40,560 nucleotides of DNA from Pseudomonadota bacterium (GTDB lineage: Bacteria > Bdellovibrionota_B > Oligoflexia > Oligoflexales > CAIYRB01): NCBI GenBank assembly GCA_031416315.1, contig JANOTL010000074.1, positions 1 to 40,560 of the forward strand, read 5' to 3'. Position numbers and translations under genes: made by a program. Below are positions 18,836-24,901 of this stretch, piece by piece. Within the stretch, counting starts at the first letter, position 1. The number at the start of each line of letters is the position of its first letter. The notes below the pieces were generated by a model that was given only the letters and a program-made list of their open reading frames with translations, was not told where the DNA came from and did not search any database.

Positions 18836-19295
18836 GCGAGCCGCGAGCGCCGTATGCGAGGAGCTTCTCGAGGGCGGTGCGCTCCTTTCTGCCGATGTCG
18901 CGATTCGCGTGGATGGTGAAGCCGTTGGCGCTAAAGCACCGCCTTCCCTTCGCGAACGGCGTCTCGTCTTCGAGGCCATTGTCCCTTCCCGATTCGCCGT
19001 ACCTTGAGGCCGGCGCGCTCGCCAAACGCGTTGTGCATGACGGCGCTCGCCGAGACGGCGGCGGCGAGCTGCTCGGATGCCGCAAAGACCGGGTCGAGGG
19101 AGCTGGCGCCCTCGGCCTCGTCCATCTCCTCGGTTAGATATCTGCGGGCGCGGAGGTCTCTGACGACGGCGTGGGCCACCGCATCAACAATGCCCGCGAC
19201 CTCCTCGTCGCTCGGGCCAGGGAGGTGATGAAACACAGGCACGGGCCCGGCCACCGAGAAGACGCCGTCGAGGGCGACGGTGTGGAAGTGGATGT
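18836..19295 (-). mobile_element. IS91-family (HUH/Y2) transposase remnant
   Basis: IHFHTVALDGVF (HUH motif) and AFGERAGLKVRRIG, then a frameshift to GFTIHAN...ERTALEKLLAYGARG. Confidence 0.8.
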
Positions 19296-19394
19296 ATAGC
19301 CAGCGCACTGCGATAGAGCTTGCGAATGTGAGTACACGTCTCTCACGTCCGCGAGGCGCGTTCCTTTGACCGCCAAAAGGCAGTGGGAGATCTC
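19296..19394 (-). pseudogene. pheA: Internal fragment of prephenate dehydratase
   Basis: EISHCLLAVKGTRLADVRDVYSHSQALSQCAGY matches the PDT signature VYSHPQALxQC. Confidence 0.75.
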
Positions 19395-19685
19395 CGAACC
19401 GCGCAACGCCGGCAAAGGCAGCTTGCGTCGCAGCCGCGGAAGCAACAGGAGTCAAAATACTCGTGCGACAAGCAGATCTTGGGGAAGATCGATCATCCTA
19501 AAGGCGAAAGGCTAGGGTGCGCGAATCGACTCGCCTATACTCTGCGGACTGGGTCGCGAGAAGACGGGGCGCCGTCGACCGAGAAGGGCTAGCAAAGGCC
19601 GTTAGGAGCGACGAGGGAAAGGGAGGCGGACCGTAATCGATCTTCCTGCGCGCTTTACGGCGTCTGAACCAGCTTTTCCGCGGAG

Positions 19686-20471
19686 CTACGGGGCGCCGAG
19701 TTCGAGGTAAGACATAATGATTTCGTTCTGTCGTTTTAGTACGAAACTTCCGACCAAATGAATGTGGCCTTCAGGCCCAAAGGCGGCATCCGTGATTGAT
19801 TGGTGTAGCGGGGCCAGCATGACGCGGAGATACCTATCCTTCTCGTTCTCGGCCTTCCATTTGGAGGGCACTTCCTGCACCTCTTCGAAGCCTCGCTTTT
19901 TCACTAGCCTTGCTAGAAATTCGCCAGGGGCAAGAACGTTTCCCTTTGAAGACTTGCCGACCCGGGCGGAAAAATCGGTGAATGGGTTTTGAGTCTCGAG
20001 ATCTTCTGATTTGATGGACTTGAATCTCTCCGAGTGAGCGAGATCGATCCTGCCGTCGGGGGAGATCTTGAAGCGACCATCTTCCCCGAAGATCTGGCCG
20101 TGCTCGTCGATCAAAATCGTCAAGGTATCGGGAATTTTCGTCGACCAGGCCCCCTCTTCGAAGTGAAGTCCAGCCCCTCCCGTGACCCCGGCGCCATAGA
20201 CGAACTGATCCCTAGCGAAAGCGGACAGGAGGATTTCTTGTTCTACGTAGTATCTGCCGGCCCCTTGATAGCCCAGCGATGGGCCTAGTCCTATCTGGGG
20301 GAGTTTGTCGCCCGTCGGAATCCAGAGAAGCGTCGATTCAAAGCCCCGCGAGTTGGTGCCGCGGTAGATGCCGGTCATCTCAAAAAAGCGCGAATCAGCA
20401 GCCCAGGAAGTCGCTGAGAATGCCGCCTGAATCGTCGAGATCAAGAGAACGAGATGGGGGAGATTCGACAA
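19686..20471 (-). CDS. Exported hypothetical protein sharing its N-terminal module with the RCC1 protein
   Basis: TGAGGA RBS, TTG start, signal-like N-terminus, and MTGIYRGTNSRGFESTLLWIP. Confidence 0.65.
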   Translation of the reverse strand: MSNLPHLVLLISTIQAAFSATSWAADSRFFEMTGIYRGTNSRGFESTLLWIPTGDKLPQIGLGPSLGYQGAGRYYVEQEILLSAFARDQFVYGAGVTGGAGLHFEEGAWSTKIPDTLTILIDEHGQIFGEDGRFKISPDGRIDLAHSERFKSIKSEDLETQNPFTDFSARVGKSSKGNVLAPGEFLARLVKKRGFEEVQEVPSKWKAENEKDRYLRVMLAPLHQSITDAAFGPEGHIHLVGSFVLKRQNEIIMSYLELGAP

Positions 20472-20580
20472 GCATTCCTCAGGCGTAGCGACACGGATTT
20501 AGGCATGTTCAGGCAATCGTTGCTCTTAGTCTACCGCTTCACCGAGGCACGTCTCGGCTCGCCCCGGCGACGGTGCCGCT

Positions 20581-21582
20581 TCATCGGGCGGGCGGTGGCC
20601 AAAGCTTCGCGATGACCGCCGCGACGGCTTCTGCGCCGCCGTTCTCCTCGGTGTTGCAGACGACGCCCAGCGCGGCACCGTAACGGCGCGAGAGGCGGAT
20701 GGCCGCGAGGTTGAGGGTGTTGCTGCCGCTGTGGCGGAGCGTGCCATCCACATCCAATCCCCAACCGCCCGGCGTGTAGACCCAGCCCGGATCGCCGGTG
20801 AGGAGCGGGGAGTAGTCGGACAGGAACTGTGACGCGTCGGTCAAGTGCGCGCGGGCGAACTTGGACCAGTCCTCCAACGACAAGTGCATGCAGCCCGCAG
20901 GCGCTATCGTCAGCGGGTTGTCGCCTTGCTCGGCGACATACGCGCCGTCGCGGCCTGCGCCATGGCCCCAAGGCTCGTCCACCTCGCCTGGCGTTCCTGC
21001 CGGGCCGAATCCCGCGCTCGTCATACCCAAGGGTGAAAAGACCTCGGTGCGGAGAAGGGACTCGTACGAGGCGCCGGTCGCGAGCTCCAGGATGTGAGCG
21101 GCGATGGCGTAGCTCGTGTTGGAGTAGCTGAAGTCGGTCGATTCCGGCGAGAGCGCGAGGGCTTTTGCGGCGAGGCGGGAGCGGCCTTCGCGAGGGTCGA
21201 GGGAGTCGTCCCACAAGGTGGGCCAGAAGGCGCCGGAGTCGATGGTGCGCGTGCTGGCGACGATGCCGCCGCGGTGGGCCAAGAGGTGGCGGATGGTGAC
21301 CTGCGCATACCCGGGGTGTGCCGACGGGAAGAAGTCCGGGATGCGAGCGGCCCACGACAGAGCGCCGGACTCGACGAGGCGCGCGACGAGCGTGGCCGTC
21401 ATGGCTTTGCCGCAGCTGCCGATGTGCCACTTGTCTTTTGTCATGACGGGCGTCGGCTCTCCGAGCTTACGGAAGCCGGAAACGGCGAGCTCCAAGGAGT
21501 CGCCGCGAAGCAGGAAGACCCCGAGAGCCGGAACGGGAAACTTTGCGCGGACGGCGTCGATGGTTGTTTGCATGAGTAGCAT
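20581..21582 (-). CDS. Serine hydrolase, beta-lactamase/PBP-like family
   Basis: GSCGK (SxxK), LLAHRGG, YSN, APAG and HSGS motifs; likely start MLLMQ at 21582. Confidence 0.9.
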   Translation of the reverse strand: MLLMQTTIDAVRAKFPVPALGVFLLRGDSLELAVSGFRKLGEPTPVMTKDKWHIGSCGKAMTATLVARLVESGALSWAARIPDFFPSAHPGYAQVTIRHLLAHRGGIVASTRTIDSGAFWPTLWDDSLDPREGRSRLAAKALALSPESTDFSYSNTSYAIAAHILELATGASYESLLRTEVFSPLGMTSAGFGPAGTPGEVDEPWGHGAGRDGAYVAEQGDNPLTIAPAGCMHLSLEDWSKFARAHLTDASQFLSDYSPLLTGDPGWVYTPGGWGLDVDGTLRHSGSNTLNLAAIRLSRRYGAALGVVCNTEENGGAEAVAAVIAKLWPPPAR

Positions 21583-21749
21583 CCTACCTTCTTTCTCGAA
21601 GGTTGGGTGCATTGACCGTGGTCGGGGTGGGGGCCTGCGGCAGGTCACAAAAGGGCATTGGACCTCGAACGCAATGGCGGCATGAAACGGATCGGATGCA
21701 CAGGAATCAAAGTGCGAAGGAGCTGAAATCGACGAAATCCCGCGCTTGC

Positions 21750-21812
21750 GTCGATGAAGGCGATCGAGTGGTGATTTCCGGCGCCTATCAACTCCTTGTG
21801 GGCGCCAACTGA
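21750..21812 (+). pseudogene. Possible C-terminal fragment of an RND efflux membrane-fusion (adaptor) protein
   Basis: VDEGDRVVISGAYQLL resembles the GLxxGDRVVxxG tail of MFPs, but the match is short. Confidence 0.35.
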
Positions 21813-21823
21813 CCGGAGGGAGG

Positions 21824-22090
21824 GCGAGCCTCCTGGCTGCCGGACACCACGGCATGCGAGGCTTGTCGAACCTCACCACCTTCGCGTCCCCGGCCGATCG
21901 GCCGGAGCTCGATCCGCGCTTGGCGCGTCGCCTGACCGAGGAGTCCGTGCTCGTGCCGATGCATGCGGGCCTGCACGACGCGGCGATCTCAGACCTGGCG
22001 GCGACGATTCAGATGAACCGGGCTAGGCCACGTTTGCCGTCGCCTGCGAAGCCTTCGTGACGCCGGCAGTCCTCGTCGAGTAGCGCGTCG
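21824..22090 (+). repeat. Right copy of the 267-bp direct repeat (orphan degT 3' end plus the functional acyltransferase 3' end)
   Basis: Aligns without gaps to 6408-6674. Confidence 0.95.
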
Positions 22091-22989
22091 AGGCGGTCCA
22101 TGATGCGATCAGTCTCCGCTTGCAGCGCGACCTTGTGCGTCTCCTCGTCGTCCGGATGAAAGGCGCGGAAGTCCGGCGGTACGAGCTCGGGGTCGACGCG
22201 GAACGGCGCGCTCCAGCGCAGGCCGAGCGCGCCCCCGCGGCTCAGCGGCAAGTCGCGCTTGAAGACGCGGTTCATGCCGCTCAAGCCGAGAAGGACGATT
22301 GGAAGCTGCAAGGCTAGCGCAGCCTGGACGAGTCCCGTGCGCCCGGGTCCGAGGCGGGACGAGTACGTGCCTTCCGGGTAGATGTGCATGTGTTGGCCCG
22401 CACTCATCGCTCGTCGCGCGCACGCGAGAGTCGCCGACATATAATCGAAGTATGCGTTGCGGGTGGCATCGCGATACGACGTCTTTTCCGGGTCGAAATG
22501 CGTGTCGAGAAGCATGCGCGGGGCGCGGGTCAACGCCTCCCAGAGCGGCGCGGGCTCGTCCGGCAACGGGTGTGCCTCGTCGACGTGGCGCCGCAGAAGC
22601 CGGTATTCGTCTTCGGTCGGCTTGCGCCCGAAGACCGCGCGATAGTCGGCGCTCACGAGGTAGCCGCGCGACGTGAGCGGCACGTTGCCGGTGCGCTCGA
22701 GATAGACGCGCATGGCACGATCCTGGAAGGCGCGCGTCTTGATCCAGGTCACCATCGCGTGGCCGCGCGCATGAAAGAAGTGCCGCACCGGCAAGAAGTC
22801 AAACTCGTGCGTGTGATTCATCGCGAAGATGACGGGAGACGCGGGATCGGGCGGCGGACCGTCGAGCTCGAGCGCCACCTTCTTGGGAAAGCGCATCGCG
22901 GCGGAACCCAGCGCGAGCGTCATCGTGGTCCAAGCCGGGCGCGGCACGGGGTCAAAACGACGGAAATAGTCGAGGTCGAGTCGGGTCAT
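22009..22989 (-). CDS. Lysophospholipid/glycerol acyltransferase (PlsC-like)
   Basis: NHTHEFD (HxxxxD), IYPEGT and LPIV motifs; AAGGGG RBS before MTRLDL. Confidence 0.85.
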   Translation of the reverse strand: MTRLDLDYFRRFDPVPRPAWTTMTLALGSAAMRFPKKVALELDGPPPDPASPVIFAMNHTHEFDFLPVRHFFHARGHAMVTWIKTRAFQDRAMRVYLERTGNVPLTSRGYLVSADYRAVFGRKPTEDEYRLLRRHVDEAHPLPDEPAPLWEALTRAPRMLLDTHFDPEKTSYRDATRNAYFDYMSATLACARRAMSAGQHMHIYPEGTYSSRLGPGRTGLVQAALALQLPIVLLGLSGMNRVFKRDLPLSRGGALGLRWSAPFRVDPELVPPDFRAFHPDDEETHKVALQAETDRIMDRLDALLDEDCRRHEGFAGDGKRGLARFI

Positions 22990-23236
22990 GATCCCCTTCC
23001 GGCGGATCCTTCGCGTGCCGAGTGAGGCCCACTCGCCACGGAGGATTAGCCCATGCTCCTGGAGCTTTCTTTCGCGCTCATCTTGCTCTACGGAATTTTG
23101 CGGAAGATGTCGCCGTAAAGTCGGCCGCCGACCGGGGCCGCCGGGTGCAGATGTGAGCGCGCACATCCTCGCGGATTCATGAGCAAAAGTTATTCTTCAT
23201 CTCAATGTTTCCGCGCCGTTTGCCGATCAAGACGAT

Positions 23237-24901
23237 ATGACGACCTTCCGCCTTCGCCTCGCGTTGATCCTGACGCTGCTGATTCTCGTCGGCTGCCGGA
23301 CGCCGCGCTCAGGCGTAAGTCGCGTGAAAGACGGACCGGTCGTGACGACGGCTCCCGAAGATCAGCGCGCCACGGCGTTTTGCTGGGCGTATGCGATCGT
23401 CGCGCACTTGGAGCAACGCTACTACGAGCGCACGCGCGGCGTCAGCTCCGGCGGCTTTCGGCTGAACTTCTCGGAGGAGTATCTCGGCCTCGTCCATTTG
23501 GTGCGCCAGCTCCAGGACGGCAAGATGCCGAGCGAAGGACTGCGGCTTTCCGAGTCTTTGGCGCTTGTCGACCAATTCGGCATCGTCCCCGAGTCGGTCG
23601 CCGGCCAGCCTCTCTTCAAAACCAAGTTCGACGAGGCGGTCGCTCCGAAGGTGCAGCTCGAGGCGCAGATCCTCTGGGCCGCCAAGGCGGTGGAGGAGGG
23701 CACGCCGCTCGCGCCTGCCGAGGCGCTACGCACGGTCGCGAAAGCGGCGAGCCTGACCGAGAAGCAGACGAAGTTCCTCGCCGGCGCGATGCAGATCGCC
23801 GAGCTCGGCGCTCCCGCGGACGCCGAGTTTCAGTACGCGAACGAGACGCAGACGCCGCAGAAATGGGCCAAAATCCGGCTCAAGTTCTCCCTCGACGACT
23901 ACTTCGTCCTGCGTTTCCCCGACTCCGGCCGCGGTCAAAACAACGAGTCACCATTCAACGCCGACTACGTGCGCGCTTTGAAGCTCGTGAAAAAGGCCCT
24001 GCTCTACGGCTACTCCGTGCCGATCAGCTTCAACTTCGTCGAAGGCTCGAAGCAGGAGAACGGCGTCGTCGGTTGCGTCGAGAAGGCGTGTTGGGATGCC
24101 TCGCTCGCGTCGCCCTCGGCGAGCTCGCCACACGCGAATCACGCCGTCCTCTTGATCGATTATCGCACTGCGTCCTCCCGACTCGAGGCGCCGACGGAGG
24201 CCAGCCTCGCGGCCAGCTTCGACGCCGAGCCGACCGACTGGGTGATCAAGAACTCGTGGGGCTTCAACCACAATACGAGCAGCGATCCCGCGTTGCTGAA
24301 ACGCTTTCCTCTCCCTGCGTACACTTTGATGACGCAAGACTTCTTTGAGATCTCGCACAAGCTCGTCCCCGACCGCTACGAGGCGCTCCTGCCGCGCGAC
24401 GTCTGCCTGCGCGACCTCACTCCCCAGCGCCCGTGGATCTGCGAGAAGCTCGAGGACACCGTTGAGACGATCGATGCGAAGCTTGTCCTCGGCAATGTCT
24501 TGCAGGCTTCCGGCTCACGCTATGCCGTTGAATTCAAAGCGAACGTCGCCGAAATCGCAGCGACTGACCCGCACCTTGCGCTCGTGGACGCGGGCGGCGA
24601 GTCGCCCGACGAGTTGACGCAGATCTCTCTCCAGCGCGAGACGGTCGTCGCCGCCAACGGCAAGGACTCGTTCCGCGTCTGCGCGAAAGTCGAGGCGGCG
24701 GCGGACATTCGCTATGTCGCAGTTTACGCCGAAGGTGCCAAAGCGCCGAGCGCCGTCCTCAGCCCGCAGAGCGGCTGGCGTCACTGCGCCGTCGTAACCG
24801 CCGCGGCCGGCACGCAAAGAAAAATCGTCTTGCAGGCCCTCGACAAGGCCTACAAGACGATCGGTCAAATCTCGACGCGACTTACTCGGCAGCCTGAGTG
24901 A
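23237..24901 (+). CDS. Lipoprotein with a C1 (papain-like) cysteine peptidase domain
   Basis: Lipobox LVGC; DQRATAFCWAYA (Gln/Cys), NHAVLL (His) and WVIKNSWG (Asn). Confidence 0.88.
   Translation: MTTFRLRLALILTLLILVGCRTPRSGVSRVKDGPVVTTAPEDQRATAFCWAYAIVAHLEQRYYERTRGVSSGGFRLNFSEEYLGLVHLVRQLQDGKMPSEGLRLSESLALVDQFGIVPESVAGQPLFKTKFDEAVAPKVQLEAQILWAAKAVEEGTPLAPAEALRTVAKAASLTEKQTKFLAGAMQIAELGAPADAEFQYANETQTPQKWAKIRLKFSLDDYFVLRFPDSGRGQNNESPFNADYVRALKLVKKALLYGYSVPISFNFVEGSKQENGVVGCVEKACWDASLASPSASSPHANHAVLLIDYRTASSRLEAPTEASLAASFDAEPTDWVIKNSWGFNHNTSSDPALLKRFPLPAYTLMTQDFFEISHKLVPDRYEALLPRDVCLRDLTPQRPWICEKLEDTVETIDAKLVLGNVLQASGSRYAVEFKANVAEIAATDPHLALVDAGGESPDELTQISLQRETVVAANGKDSFRVCAKVEAAADIRYVAVYAEGAKAPSAVLSPQSGWRHCAVVTAAAGTQRKIVLQALDKAYKTIGQISTRLTRQPE

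Larger units (their letters stand above)
6675..21823. mobile_element. About 15-kb accessory island between the direct repeats
   Basis: Flanked by the 267-bp repeats. Contains a TA system, IS21/IS5/IS91 sequences, gene fragments and visibly AT-richer genes. No intact integrase was recognised. Confidence 0.7.

Noticed and set aside
19494..19600. c-di-GMP (GEMM) riboswitch suggested by the GAAA loop and GCAAA
   Set aside because: The order and spacing of the conserved GEMM elements do not match, and no suitably oriented gene start lies downstream.
21583..21879. N-terminal extension of the serine hydrolase ORF
   Set aside because: It runs into the repeat and intergenic DNA. A better start with an RBS lies at 21582.
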